A stretch of DNA of 64,000 nt from an uncultured cyanobacterium (GCA_963703315.1 OY969811.1:3936001-4000000); one strand, 5' to 3'; counted from the first letter of the stretch, positions 28,571 through 39,411 are shown. Numbers and translations: made by a program. Notes: generated by a model not told the origin, from the letters alone.

Positions 28571-28598
28571 ATTAACTAATAGCGCTTTGCGCTATTAG

Positions 28599-29207
28599 TT
28601 AATTACTCAATTGGCGACGAAAATCTCTAGGGCTGAGACGTAGAGGGTTTTGGGTATCCCAAATACCTAGCTCTTGCAATCTTGCCTTGGATTGGGCGCG
28701 ACTAATTCTTGCGTCATACTTTGCATTGGGGGGGTAGGAGTCAGCGATCGCCAAGCCTTCCGAGACTAAATATTGATTCACCAATAGATTATCTTTCCAA
28801 ATATAGGCAAGGAGACGATCGGAGTTATCCTTTTGCTTCACATCAAATTCGAGAATTACCTTCTGCTCTTTGATCAAGTCTGACAAACGTTGGCGAGAGC
28901 GATCGCCCCAAGGAGCTTGTTCCTTTAGTGGCGCACTGATGCCGAGTAAGCGCACACGCTGCACTGTCATATTCGGATTACTCAATATGGAAGCTTCAAC
29001 GGTTTGTCCACTGACGACACGGTTAATTAACCATAGTTCGCCATTGACCCGATCCTTTGGCTGCGTAAAAGAGAGCGCGATATTGGCGATGATCAGGAAT
29101 GCCAGTAGCAACCCAATCAAAATCAACGGACGTGTTGCGGATTTATTCAGCGATCGTTTCTGCCCAGTTTTAGAATTCATCAACTTTTGCATACTCGCAG
29201 CAGACAT
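28599..29207 (-). CDS. Thermonuclease (SNase) family protein
   Basis: RVRLLGISAP, RLLAYIW, LVSEGLA and AR...LGIW motifs with an N-terminal TM. The canonical DGDT appears as SGQT. Confidence 0.85.
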   Translation of the reverse strand: MSAASMQKLMNSKTGQKRSLNKSATRPLILIGLLLAFLIIANIALSFTQPKDRVNGELWLINRVVSGQTVEASILSNPNMTVQRVRLLGISAPLKEQAPWGDRSRQRLSDLIKEQKVILEFDVKQKDNSDRLLAYIWKDNLLVNQYLVSEGLAIADSYPPNAKYDARISRAQSKARLQELGIWDTQNPLRLSPRDFRRQLSN

Positions 29208-29211
29208 ATTA

Positions 29212-29315
29212 ATACCAAAACTAAAAATGGCGTAGCCATTTTTAGTTTTGAAAACCCTTACTGGGTTTGGGTTTTAATTTACAAAAGTGTTGTTACACTT
29301 TCGTAAATTTGTATA
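29212..29315. mobile_element. MITE-like element, TACCAA family
   Basis: Its reverse complement matches 59451-59544 over most of its length; contains two hairpins. Confidence 0.7.
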
Positions 29316-29363
29316 AAGCCTAAAAATCGATAAAGAGGTTTGCAACGCAAACCTCTTTATCGA

Positions 29364-29735
29364 TTAATCAGCCTCAATCGGGAAACTAAACTCAAACCAG
29401 CGCCGTTTGCGCTGAGAAAAAAAGTTGCCAAACTGTAAGCGATATACTTCGTCTTCGTCTTGGGTTTCTAGATCTAGATCTGAGAGGGCGTAACCAGAAC
29501 AAATTAGTGCATATCCCTCATCCTGTAAGGTTTTGGACAAGCCAATCACCTCATGCTGATCGATTTTTCCAGACTTGACTCGCATCGCGCAAGCTGTACA
29601 AGCACCATTCAAACAGGAAAAAGGTAAGTTAATCCCTTGAGCTTCTAAGGAGTCAAGAATATAGCGATCGCCTTCAATATCAGCTTCGTAGAGCTTGTTA
29701 TTTTGGCGATCGTGAATGCGAACGTGATAGGACAT
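29364..29735 (-). CDS. 2Fe-2S ferredoxin, Fed2/FdC2-type
   Basis: CLNGACTAC...ALIC cluster motif and a C-terminal ETQDEDEVYRLQFG extension. Confidence 0.9.
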   Translation of the reverse strand: MSYHVRIHDRQNNKLYEADIEGDRYILDSLEAQGINLPFSCLNGACTACAMRVKSGKIDQHEVIGLSKTLQDEGYALICSGYALSDLDLETQDEDEVYRLQFGNFFSQRKRRWFEFSFPIEAD

Positions 29736-29739
29736 AGTT

Positions 29740-30288
29740 TTACACGCGAGTAGGAATCATGCCAGTTTGACGTGCATAGTCAAATAAGCCGCCAGCATCA
29801 ATTACAGGACGCACATCGCCGAGGGATTTCAAAGTGAAAGTTTCTCCAGTCGTTTCATTAATAATGACATTGTTATCAAAATCAATGGTGGCTTCTTCGC
29901 CAGTCTTGAAGCGATCAACTAGGCAATCAACCGATTCCCAAGGATATAACTCACCTGTTGCCGTGCAGTTACGGAAGAAAATTCTGGCGTAGGACTGAGC
30001 AACTACGGCATCAAGTCCCGCCGCACCGAGGGCGATCGGTGCGTGTTCACGAGAAGAACCACAACCAAAGTTTTCACCCGCGACAATAATCGAATAAATC
30101 GTTTTGCTTTCCCCATCAGCAATAAAGCGATCATAGCGATCGGGTAAACCAATCAAGGCATAGCTACCCAGTTTCTCGTACTCATCAGGCTTAGAAGGTA
30201 CAAGTGTGAGATATTCCGCAGGAATAATTTGGTCAGTATCAATATTGTCATCTAAGACAAATACTTTGCCTTGAATTTTTTTACTCAT
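29740..30288 (-). CDS. leuD: 3-isopropylmalate dehydratase small subunit
   Basis: DNIDTDQIIP, NFGCGSSREHA and SYARIFFRN motifs. Confidence 0.93.
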   Translation of the reverse strand: MSKKIQGKVFVLDDNIDTDQIIPAEYLTLVPSKPDEYEKLGSYALIGLPDRYDRFIADGESKTIYSIIVAGENFGCGSSREHAPIALGAAGLDAVVAQSYARIFFRNCTATGELYPWESVDCLVDRFKTGEEATIDFDNNVIINETTGETFTLKSLGDVRPVIDAGGLFDYARQTGMIPTRV

Positions 30289-30332
30289 AGTTTTTGCATC
30301 TAGTCAAAATAAATTAGTTGTTGGAATTAAAT

Positions 30333-30407
30333 GTAGGATGGGTTCGCGATCGCGTAACCCATGATCTTTACTTGATTGATGCGTTACATTGCACTAACGC
30401 ATCCTAC
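30333..30407. repeat. REP doublet (REPIN-like)
   Basis: GTAGG-ATGGGTT-loop-AACCCAT, a spacer, then ATGCGTTA-loop-TAACGCAT-CCTAC: two inverted GTAG hairpins. The first loop contains HIP1. Confidence 0.75.
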
Positions 30408-30419
30408 AAATAATTCAAC

Positions 30420-30923
30420 TTAGTCAAAATAAAATAGAGTGACAACTTTGCGTTGTTCTTCGGCATCTTGACAGGTTTGTAATAAAGTCTCACTGCCGTG
30501 AAATGCAAAGCAAATCAGTTGCTGACATTTAGAAATAATTTCCTGATTACATCGGCTACTTGCTTCAGCTAAAGAGAGCGTGTCATTCTCGCTATGCTCA
30601 ATTAAATGAATTACATTTTCTAGCTGCTCGCGAGACTCATAGGGCTGCCTATCTAAGCTTTGTGGCAAAATCACAGTCAACAAATTAGGGTCAGCTCGCA
30701 AAGCGCCCCGAATAGCAGCAAAATTAGTGCCTGTTGCCCCAGAGGTAATAATACTGTTGCCAGATAGCGCCAAGGCATAGCTGAGCAGTTCGATCAGCAG
30801 TTGGTGAGTCAATGGCACATGGCGTGAACCTAAAAACGCGATCCGCTTCGAGCCTTGCTGCTGAATCGTCGCAAGCTCCTGCAAAAAGTCGTCTAGCTTG
30901 GGTAGATTAATTGACTGAGTCAA
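30420..30923 (-). CDS. Short DprA/Smf-like Rossmann-fold protein
   Basis: KRIAFLGSRH, ITSGATGTN and ICFAFHGS motifs; TTG start. Confidence 0.75.
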   Translation of the reverse strand: MTQSINLPKLDDFLQELATIQQQGSKRIAFLGSRHVPLTHQLLIELLSYALALSGNSIITSGATGTNFAAIRGALRADPNLLTVILPQSLDRQPYESREQLENVIHLIEHSENDTLSLAEASSRCNQEIISKCQQLICFAFHGSETLLQTCQDAEEQRKVVTLFYFD

Positions 30924-30994
30924 ACAAATCCCTCTCGATTACTACTTACTGAACGAATACCTACACAATATCACTTAACCCTAGAGAAGCAAAC

Positions 30995-31095
30995 TAAGTA
31001 CCTCGGAATAATTAGAAACTACTTCTAAAAGCTGTGGCGCACGCTGTGCTTGCACCACAGCTTTTAGGGTTTTAAATTTTAATGAAGCCTACTTA
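30995..31095. mobile_element. MITE-like element, TAAGTA family (degenerate)
   Basis: TAAGTA ... TACTTA ends and a central TGGCGCACGCTG hairpin similar to 27693-27796. Confidence 0.55.
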
Positions 31096-31309
31096 CTTAT
31101 GGAGTTAATCAAAATCTCTTTGTCCTAAAACCTAGGTATAGTTTAATATTATTTTCACTCTTAGCGTCTGCACAAGGATTAAAAACTACACTACTATCAA
31201 CCGTCATCAGGTATCGAGATGACTTTCCGATGAGCCATGAAAATGGATAAGATTGGCGATCGCTATGGCATCACTGGCTGGAATTCTTAATAATTTGCTC
31301 TAAAAATTT

Positions 31310-32050
31310 ATGGTGGGTCACTTGACAATTGACGATATCAGAACCGAGACAGAGAAGGTAGAGGCACTTTTAGCTACCTATCGCTTATTGCCAAGTTTTA
31401 AGCGCGAATTAGCGATTGATCGCGCGATCGCTGACGTTACGATCACTCCAGAGGAAATTAATCTCGCATTACAAGAATTTCAGCAGCGCTATAAGTTAAC
31501 GACACAAGAAGCGATCCAAAACTATTGCCAAGCTTATAGTCTTACGAATGAGCAACTGCAAATGATTGCCCTGCGTGAGTTCAAAATCGAAAAATTTAAG
31601 CAGCAAACTTGGGGGAATCGTCTCGAATCAGCATTTTTAAATCGCAGAGCCAGTTTAGATCGTGCTATTTATTCGGTGATTCGCCATAAAAATCCTGAGC
31701 TTTTACAAGAACTATTCTTTCGGATTCAAGACGGTGAACAGACCTTTGCTGAGCTAGCCGCCCAATATTCTCAAGGCATAGAATCACAAACGGGCGGCAT
31801 GATTGGTCCTGTGCCTCTTAGTAAAATTCATCCTGCGATCGCCGAAAAAATGCGTCATAGTATGCCGCAACAGATGCATCCTCCTTTTCTTTTAGAGGAA
31901 TGGTTTGTACTTTTGCGGCTGGAAAAATTTATGCCTGCTCAATTTGACGATACGACTAGCCAGATTTTGCTAGGTCAACTGTTTGAAGAATTTTTGCAAG
32001 CGCAAAATGTGACGGCAAAAGTCGGACCTTCAGGTGTTCCCGACAATTGA
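31310..32050 (+). CDS. Parvulin/PpiC-type peptidylprolyl isomerase associated with T1SS
   Basis: FAELAAQYSQG...GGMIGP rotamase motif; lies directly upstream of hlyB. Confidence 0.85.
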   Translation: MVGHLTIDDIRTETEKVEALLATYRLLPSFKRELAIDRAIADVTITPEEINLALQEFQQRYKLTTQEAIQNYCQAYSLTNEQLQMIALREFKIEKFKQQTWGNRLESAFLNRRASLDRAIYSVIRHKNPELLQELFFRIQDGEQTFAELAAQYSQGIESQTGGMIGPVPLSKIHPAIAEKMRHSMPQQMHPPFLLEEWFVLLRLEKFMPAQFDDTTSQILLGQLFEEFLQAQNVTAKVGPSGVPDN

Positions 32051-32145
32051 AGTCCTAAAACCTGAGGCGATCGCCTCAGGTTGGAAATCTGGTGTAACCG
32101 ATTCTCGATATTTAACTTGATGCCCTATTTATAGCGTTAATTTCC

Positions 32146-35094
32146 ATGCAAACCCACACTAATGCTATTCAAGATCTGCTGGATCGCTTTCCCCTGTTAC
32201 AGAAGCTCGATCGCTCAATTTTGCAAGAACTGAGCGATCGCCTAAAACCATTGCGTTATCGGATGGGGCAGTTAATTTTGCGTCGCGAAACCATGCCATC
32301 GCAAGTGTTGTTTTTATGGGAAGGTCAAGCCAGACTCTTAGCGCAAATCCCCAAAACGATCGCCCCTACGACCTTAGAAATTCTCAAATCAGGGTCAGTG
32401 ATTGGATGGGCAAGTTTGATCCGTGACCTGCCCTGCGAAACGGCGATCGCTTCGATTGAAAGTACTTTTTTATCCATAGAGGCTGCCGATTTCTTAGAAT
32501 TGTGCGATCGCTATCCCACTTTTAAAAATACTTTTATCTCCCAAGTCTCCCCCGCCGAAGTATTTGATTTATTTGCGATCGAGATGGATCGCCGCGCTCA
32601 GTCTCCGCAAAATTTTACGCAACTGGTGCGGAATGCTTGCCAAGATGCACAGGTGTTGACTTTACCTGCGGGGAAAAATGCGATCGCGCCCCTTGATCCT
32701 GAGTTTGTCTGGCTGATTAGTGGCGGCAAAAATATCACGATTCCGATGGGGACTCGTGTTGAGCCAACTCGCACTCTCTTTGAAGTGCCAGAATCTAGCT
32801 ATTTGCGCTTAATTGGTTTGCGCGATGATTTTGCGGTAACTACCGAAGTTGTGGACGAATTGCCGCCATCGCCAACTGCCTTCGATATTCCCTACGCTCC
32901 TGATTTGCCGACTGTGGGCGATCGCAGCGATCGCAAGTCCCAAGACTATCCCTATATCTATGGGCGTGGACCCATTGATGCGACCGTGGCTTGTTTTGAG
33001 ATGCTGGCGAAATATTGGAAGATGCCCTTTAATCGCCATGTCATCAAACGGGCGATCGCCAATCAATATGATCGTTCTCAGAAAATTTCGCTCCAGCTAT
33101 GCGGCACGATCGCTGAACTGATGGGACTAAATGGGCAATTGATCCAGATCCCTGCTAGTGCCATTGGTCAAGTTCCCACTCCTGCTTTATTGCCTTGGCA
33201 AGATACCTTTGCGGTGCTTTACAAAACTAGCGATCGCGAACAAGTATTAGGCATTCCTGAACAGGGCATTGTCACTAAAAAAAACGCTCAATTTATCGAT
33301 CTATGGGGTGAGTCAGGGCAGATTTTATTAATTCAACCGACTAAGGACACGCCCAAGCAAAAATTTGGTCTGTCTTGGTTTCTGCCATCGATTAAACGCT
33401 ATCGGAACCCCTTAATAACAGTACTGATTGCTTCTTTCTTTGTGCAGCTCTTAGGCTTGGCAAATCCCCTGATTACGCAGGTAATTATTGATAAAGTCAT
33501 TATTCAAAATTCTCCCGCCACCTTAAATATCCTCGGCATTCTGCTATTAACGATCGCCTTTTTTGAAGCCGTCATTACCGCCCTACGCACCTACTTGTTT
33601 GTGAATACCACAAACCGCATTGACCTAACCCTCGGTTCAGAAACTATTGATCATCTGGTCAGACTGCCCTTGCGCTATTTCGAGAAGCGATCGGTCGGCG
33701 AACTATCGAGTCGGATTGGGGAACTAGAAAATATTCGCCAATTCCTGACAGGAACCGCCCTCACCGTTGTTCTGGATGCGGTATTTTCTGTCGTTTATAT
33801 CGTGGTGATGATTTTCTATAGCTGGCTCTTGACTATTGTGGCGTTGGGAACCGTGCCACTGTTCGGGTTACTGACCTATATCGTCGCCCCGATTGTGAGA
33901 TCCCAACTACGCAGCAAAGCCGAGCGCAATGCCGCAACCCAGTCCTATCTAGTGGAAGTGGTTTCAGGGATTCAGACCGTTAAGGCGCAAAGTATTGAAT
34001 TGCAGTCACGATGGGAATGGCAACGGCGTTATGCTCGCTATGTTTCCGATGGCTTTAAAACCGTAGTCACTTCCACGACCGCAGGTTCGATGAGTCAGTT
34101 TTTAAACCAGTTTTCTAATCTACTGTTGCTGTGGGTTGGTGCGTCTTTAGTCCTGAAAGGCGATCTATCTCTAGGACAGTTGATTGCGTTTCGGATCATT
34201 GCTGGCTATACAACATCACCGCTTTTGCGCCTGATTCAACTGTGGCAAAATTTCCAAGAAACTGCGCTCTCACTGGAACGACTCAGCGATATTATCGATC
34301 ATCCTCAAGAGCAGGAAGAAGCAGGTCGCCGCAATATTCCCATGCCTGCCATTAAGGGTGCAGTGCGCTATGAGAATGTTAACTTTCGCTTTAATCCCAA
34401 TGGACCTTTGCAGCTAAATAATGTCAACTTAGATGTTCCGAATGGTCAGTTTGTGGGCGTAGTTGGAACCAGTGGTGCAGGTAAGAGTACGCTCACAAAA
34501 TTAATGTCACGGCTCTATGATCCCGAAGCAGGAAGAATCTTAATTGATGATTATGACATCGGCAAAGTCGAGCTATATTCTTTGCGACGACAAATTGGCG
34601 TGGTTTTGCAAGATACATTGCTATTTGATGGTACTGTGCAGCAAAATATTGCTTTGACCAATCCCGATGCTACTCCCGATGAAATTGTGGCGGCGGCAAA
34701 AACTGCCTGCGCCCATGATTTCATTATGCAACTGCCTCAAGGCTATGAGTCACGGGTGGGTGAGCGTGGTGCTTCCCTTTCAGGTGGACAAAGACAAAGA
34801 ATTGCGATCGCGCGGACGATTTTGCAAAAGCCACAGTTACTAATTTTGGATGAAGCGACTAGCGCCTTAGACTACAATACCGAGCGTCAGGTTTGTTTAA
34901 ATCTTGCTGAAGAGTTTCGTGGGCGCACAGTGTTCTTTATTACCCATCGCCTTGCCACAATTAATAATGCTGACTTAATTTTGCTGATGGACAAAGGAAG
35001 GATTGCCGAGCAAGGAACTCACTCTGAACTAATGGCATTGCAAGATCGCTATTTCTGTTTATATCGTCAACAGGAAGCGGCGGGTGACTCTTAG
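32146..35094 (+). CDS. hlyB: Type I secretion ABC transporter (cNMP-binding + C39-like + TM + ATPase), HlyB family
   Basis: N-terminal cNMP-like domain, GTSGAGKST Walker A, LSGGQRQR signature and LILDEATSALD. Confidence 0.9.
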   Translation: MQTHTNAIQDLLDRFPLLQKLDRSILQELSDRLKPLRYRMGQLILRRETMPSQVLFLWEGQARLLAQIPKTIAPTTLEILKSGSVIGWASLIRDLPCETAIASIESTFLSIEAADFLELCDRYPTFKNTFISQVSPAEVFDLFAIEMDRRAQSPQNFTQLVRNACQDAQVLTLPAGKNAIAPLDPEFVWLISGGKNITIPMGTRVEPTRTLFEVPESSYLRLIGLRDDFAVTTEVVDELPPSPTAFDIPYAPDLPTVGDRSDRKSQDYPYIYGRGPIDATVACFEMLAKYWKMPFNRHVIKRAIANQYDRSQKISLQLCGTIAELMGLNGQLIQIPASAIGQVPTPALLPWQDTFAVLYKTSDREQVLGIPEQGIVTKKNAQFIDLWGESGQILLIQPTKDTPKQKFGLSWFLPSIKRYRNPLITVLIASFFVQLLGLANPLITQVIIDKVIIQNSPATLNILGILLLTIAFFEAVITALRTYLFVNTTNRIDLTLGSETIDHLVRLPLRYFEKRSVGELSSRIGELENIRQFLTGTALTVVLDAVFSVVYIVVMIFYSWLLTIVALGTVPLFGLLTYIVAPIVRSQLRSKAERNAATQSYLVEVVSGIQTVKAQSIELQSRWEWQRRYARYVSDGFKTVVTSTTAGSMSQFLNQFSNLLLLWVGASLVLKGDLSLGQLIAFRIIAGYTTSPLLRLIQLWQNFQETALSLERLSDIIDHPQEQEEAGRRNIPMPAIKGAVRYENVNFRFNPNGPLQLNNVNLDVPNGQFVGVVGTSGAGKSTLTKLMSRLYDPEAGRILIDDYDIGKVELYSLRRQIGVVLQDTLLFDGTVQQNIALTNPDATPDEIVAAAKTACAHDFIMQLPQGYESRVGERGASLSGGQRQRIAIARTILQKPQLLILDEATSALDYNTERQVCLNLAEEFRGRTVFFITHRLATINNADLILLMDKGRIAEQGTHSELMALQDRYFCLYRQQEAAGDS

Positions 35095-35163
35095 AGTTAA
35101 GTTAGATTTCCCCAATTTTGATTTTCCCAATACAAAAGAACTAACACACAAGGTGAAAAGAGC

Positions 35164-36708
35164 ATGACAAATGTTAATGGTAATCAACCAACCCCAAAAT
35201 TAGCCGCGATCGCCCCTGAAGATCTAGCTTCTAGTAATGGCTTGGATAAGCCTGCTAAGTTAGCCCCAAAAAGCGATTTCGATCAGCCTTTAGCCTTAAG
35301 TCAATCACCCAAATGGATTCCTGCAATTTTATGGACGTTAGTCGGCTCAGTGACAGTAGCGATTATTTGGGCTTCATTCGCCAAAATTGATGAGTCGGTT
35401 CCTGCTCAAGGCAAACTAGAACCACAGGGAGCCGTCAAGGAAGTGAGAATTCCTGCTAATGGTGTACTTAAAGAGGTTTTGGTGAAAGATGGTCAAAAAG
35501 TGAAAACAGGGGAGGTTTTACTACGAATTGATACAACAGTAGCCAAATCCCAACTGGAATCGTTGCAAAAATTACGCAAAAATCTTCAGCAGGAAAATCA
35601 GTTTTATCGTGAAGTACTTAATGGTAAACCATCACAAATTAATGGAGCAAAAGCGATCGCTGTCCCTGCGGAATTTTTTGCCCTAGCCCGTAACCGTGAA
35701 GCATTAATCACCGAAATGCAGCTATATCGGATGCAGGTTAATGGTGGCGGTGCAGATTTGACAGGCGATCAACAGGATCGGCTCATGGCTTCAAGGGCAG
35801 AGCTAGGATCGCGATCGCAAGCTGCGGAAGCAAATATTAATCAGTCCATTAAGCAATTAAATCAAACTCGGATTAATCGCTCAAGCAAAGAACGTGCCTT
35901 AGATATTGAGAAAGACATTCTTAAAAGAATAAAAAGCCTCTGCAAGGAAGGTGCAGCATCTGAGCTTCAATGCCTTAAGCAACAACAACTAGTTCAAACC
36001 TCTGAGGCAGAAATTCGGCAATTAGCGCAGGAGGAACAGCGAATTCAGGCAGCGATCGCAGAAGGACAGGCTCGACTGAATAATACCTTTGACATTACCC
36101 GCAAGGAATTGACTAGCCAAATTGGCGATAATACGAAACGCATTGCCGAAATCGATAGTCAATTCACTAAAGCCTTAGTGGAAAATACCAAGAAGCTGAC
36201 AGAAGTAGAAGGACAAATCAAACAAGCAGAAGTGTTATTGAAAAACCAAGAACTCATTGCCCCTGCATCAGGTACAGTGTTTGAACTCAAGGCAGGACTT
36301 GGCTATGTCGCAAATCCTAATACTGGAGAAGTGGTGCTAAAAATTGTGCCTGACGATCTGCTGGTAGCAAAAGTATTTATTAGTAATCAAGATATCGGTT
36401 TTGTCACCGAGGGCAAAGATGTGGATGTTCGCATTGATTCTTTTCCTTTCACTGAGTTTGGCGATGTTAAGGGAAAATTGATTTGGATTGGCTCCGATGC
36501 CTTGCCTCCTGATCAAGCAAATCCCACCTACAGATTCCCTGCAAAGGTGCAACTTGCAAAACAATTCCTAGATCCTAATGGGCGCAAAATCAATTTGCAA
36601 TCAGGAATGTCATTGACAGCAAATATTAAAATTCGCGATCGCACCGTAATGAGCTTATTTACAGATTTCCTCTCTAAAAATACTGATAGCCTCAAATTTG
36701 TTCGTTAG
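35164..36708 (+). CDS. hlyD: HlyD-family membrane fusion protein
   Basis: Single TM, VKDGQKVKTGEVL lipoyl-like motif, long coiled coil, DIGFV and LQSGM. Confidence 0.92.
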   Translation: MTNVNGNQPTPKLAAIAPEDLASSNGLDKPAKLAPKSDFDQPLALSQSPKWIPAILWTLVGSVTVAIIWASFAKIDESVPAQGKLEPQGAVKEVRIPANGVLKEVLVKDGQKVKTGEVLLRIDTTVAKSQLESLQKLRKNLQQENQFYREVLNGKPSQINGAKAIAVPAEFFALARNREALITEMQLYRMQVNGGGADLTGDQQDRLMASRAELGSRSQAAEANINQSIKQLNQTRINRSSKERALDIEKDILKRIKSLCKEGAASELQCLKQQQLVQTSEAEIRQLAQEEQRIQAAIAEGQARLNNTFDITRKELTSQIGDNTKRIAEIDSQFTKALVENTKKLTEVEGQIKQAEVLLKNQELIAPASGTVFELKAGLGYVANPNTGEVVLKIVPDDLLVAKVFISNQDIGFVTEGKDVDVRIDSFPFTEFGDVKGKLIWIGSDALPPDQANPTYRFPAKVQLAKQFLDPNGRKINLQSGMSLTANIKIRDRTVMSLFTDFLSKNTDSLKFVR

Positions 36709-36804
36709 TTTTGAGATTATTAGGATTTATAGCTGTAGTCAGTTATGTCTTAACTTGCTTGGCTATGGCTATACGCAAAAACGTTTTGAAAACAACATTT
36801 CATT

Positions 36805-36834
36805 GTAGGGGACAATTCATAAGTTGTCCCCTAC
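36805..36834. repeat. GTAG REP-like palindrome
   Basis: GTAGGGGACAA-TTCATAAG-TTGTCCCCTAC. Confidence 0.7.
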
Positions 36835-36842
36835 ATTTTTAT

Positions 36843-36937
36843 GGTTAACTTTGGTTTAAAAAAAGATAATTGTTAGGTTAAAAAATAAATAAGCTTTAGT
36901 ATAAATTTGGTTAAAAAACTAATTCTAATCAAGTTAA
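36843..36937. promoter_or_regulatory. Possible SphR/Pho-box-like repeats upstream of the PhoX-like gene
   Basis: GGTTAA (reverse complement TTAACC) at 36843, 36876 and 36909, plus GTTTAA at 36854, all at multiples of 11 bp. The AT-rich background lowers specificity. Confidence 0.35.
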
Positions 36938-37041
36938 TAGATCAATGTATTTAGAAATACCTATATTTCCTGAAAAATTATGGCAAACTGCAAATTAGTA
37001 AGATTTTTATGTATTTCGCTAGATAGTTCTCAAACAAATTT

Positions 37042-39255
37042 ATGGCAACCCTTTCCTTCGATACAACTCAACCTGCTCAACTTCAAGGTTTAGGTGGTTA
37101 CACAGTTGACCCAATCTTTACAGTTGGCGATAAGATTGGAGATTACGTTCCTGCTGGTATCCTTGATGGTATTGGTGCTTACTCCCTTAATGACACAACT
37201 GTTCGCTTATTAGTTGTTAATGAAGTAGGTAGTACCGATGGCTATAAATACAGCCTTGCAAATGGTACACAGCTCTCTGGTGCTAGAGTTAACTACTTTG
37301 ATGTTGACAAGCGTACATTCCAAATAGTCGATGCTGGACTAGCCCACAACACAATTATTAATCGCGCAGGTGAAGTTGTTGATGCTGCTTCTGATTTGGA
37401 ATTTGGTGGTATTCAACGCTTCTGCTCTGCGGCTTTGTTTGAAGCAAACCAGTTTGGAGAGGATATCGGTTTAGCCGATCGCATCTTCTTCAGTGGTGAA
37501 GAAACTAATGGCGGTACACAATTTGCCTTAGATACAGCTACTAATACCCTGTATGCCGTTCCCGCATTCGGTCGTGCAGGATGGGAGAATGTCACCGAAA
37601 TCAATACAGGAAGCACCGACAAAGTTGCTTTTATTGTTGGTGATGATCGTAGCAATGCTCCATTACTTCTCTATGTTGGCGACAAGAATGCCAAAAATGA
37701 CGGCAGTTTCCTAGATCGTAATGGATTGGCACAGGGCAAGTTATTTGTTTGGGTGGCTGACGATCCTAATAGTGCTAGTGATCTCATTGAGCGTAGTGCT
37801 AGTGAATTTAGTGGTAGTGGTAATAGCACCAATGGCAAATTCGTCGAAATCGCTTACTACAATCCTGCTTTGGCAAATACTAGTGGCTATGATGCTCAAG
37901 GTTTTGCCACCCAAGCTAAACAGGATGAATTAGCTAACGCTGCTGGTGCATTCAAGTTCTCTCGTCCTGAAGATGTTGCCACCAATCCTTTTGATGGAAC
38001 TCAAGTTGTATTAGCTTCCACTGGTGTGGCGAATACGTCAGATGTATGGGGTACAACTTACAAAATTGATGTTGATTTTAATAACATCAACACAGGCAAT
38101 ATCACTGCCAAAATTGACATTCTTTACGATGGTAACGAAGCTGGTAAACAAGATTTTGGATTGCGTAGCCCTGACAATCTAACTTGGGCTAACGATGGCA
38201 AGATCTACATTCAAGAAGATCGGGCGATCGGAGCCGATCTTTTTGGTGCAACATCAAAGCAGGAAGCTTCTATCTTTGTTCTTGATCCTTTTGCGGCTGA
38301 CCCTGCGGCAAGCGTTACTCGTATTGCTCAAATTAATCGCTCCGCCGTACCTTCTGGTCAAACCGACTCTAGCCCAACTGACCTCGGCAACTGGGAAAGC
38401 TCTGGTATCCTTGATGTCTCTACTCTGTTTGGCAATAAACCAGGTACACTTTTTATCACTGATACCCAAGCTCACAGTCTTCGTAATGGAACAATCATTA
38501 CTGCTACCAACATTGATGGCAATGGTGATGGCATCAAAACCAGACAAGAAAATCTTGTGGAAGGCGGTCAACTCGCATTCTTGATTGCGCCTAATGCTAA
38601 CCTTGTCCAAAATCCCTCTTCTGTGGTCGGTACTGCTGGTGCTGACAAGTTCACAGCTGGTGTCACCAAAGGTTTTGATGGTACTAATGATATCGTCTCC
38701 ACTGGTGCTGGTAACGACAGAGTTGATAGCTCTAGAGGTTTTGGTAACAACCTCATTGACACTGGAAGTGGAGATGACAAAATCATTTTGGCTAATGGAG
38801 ATCGCGTTTTTGCTGGCTTAGGTAAAGACGAGGTAAATGCCGTAAATGCTAGCAATTACTCTATTGATGGTGGTGCAGGAAATGACACATTTTTCCTAGG
38901 TGCTAGTGGAACTGTCTTGGGTGGTGATGGCAACGATAGCTTCTTTGCTACTACTGGTGATGACATCTTCTTTGAGCCTACTGGTGCTGGCAACTTGCTA
39001 TATGGTGGTGCTGGTGCTGATAAGTTCTGGCTCTTCAATGGTGAAGCTGCATCTAGCCCAATCACGATCGCTGATTTCCAAGTTGGCACAGATGTAATTG
39101 GTTTCATTGGTGTAGGCAAAGGAACCTTTTCTCAATTGACTCTTTCTGGAAATACCATTAGTTTTGATGGTGAGACGATCGCCACCTTAACTGGAATTGA
39201 TACTTCCACCTTGACTGCCAATAGCTTTAAGTTCGTCAAGAATTTTGAAGCTTAA
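37042..39255 (+). CDS. PhoX-like (DUF839) alkaline phosphatase with C-terminal RTX Ca-binding repeats
   Basis: RFCSA, GRAGWEN, FSRPED, SPDNL, IQED, WESSG and QAHS motifs; GxGND/GGAGAD nonapeptides at the C-terminus; no N-terminal signal peptide. Confidence 0.8.
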   Translation: MATLSFDTTQPAQLQGLGGYTVDPIFTVGDKIGDYVPAGILDGIGAYSLNDTTVRLLVVNEVGSTDGYKYSLANGTQLSGARVNYFDVDKRTFQIVDAGLAHNTIINRAGEVVDAASDLEFGGIQRFCSAALFEANQFGEDIGLADRIFFSGEETNGGTQFALDTATNTLYAVPAFGRAGWENVTEINTGSTDKVAFIVGDDRSNAPLLLYVGDKNAKNDGSFLDRNGLAQGKLFVWVADDPNSASDLIERSASEFSGSGNSTNGKFVEIAYYNPALANTSGYDAQGFATQAKQDELANAAGAFKFSRPEDVATNPFDGTQVVLASTGVANTSDVWGTTYKIDVDFNNINTGNITAKIDILYDGNEAGKQDFGLRSPDNLTWANDGKIYIQEDRAIGADLFGATSKQEASIFVLDPFAADPAASVTRIAQINRSAVPSGQTDSSPTDLGNWESSGILDVSTLFGNKPGTLFITDTQAHSLRNGTIITATNIDGNGDGIKTRQENLVEGGQLAFLIAPNANLVQNPSSVVGTAGADKFTAGVTKGFDGTNDIVSTGAGNDRVDSSRGFGNNLIDTGSGDDKIILANGDRVFAGLGKDEVNAVNASNYSIDGGAGNDTFFLGASGTVLGGDGNDSFFATTGDDIFFEPTGAGNLLYGGAGADKFWLFNGEAASSPITIADFQVGTDVIGFIGVGKGTFSQLTLSGNTISFDGETIATLTGIDTSTLTANSFKFVKNFEA

Positions 39256-39411
39256 TTAATTTCGTCTGTTTTACAGCGCAAAAGCAGAGCTTGTGCCGCC
39301 CGCGTAGCGGGCGGCACAAGCTCTGCTTTTGGCTTATTTACTTAGCAAGAAATGGGTGGCTCAAGGAGCGAACAGTTGATACATTGAGAATAAATCTGTG
39401 TATTGGTTAGT

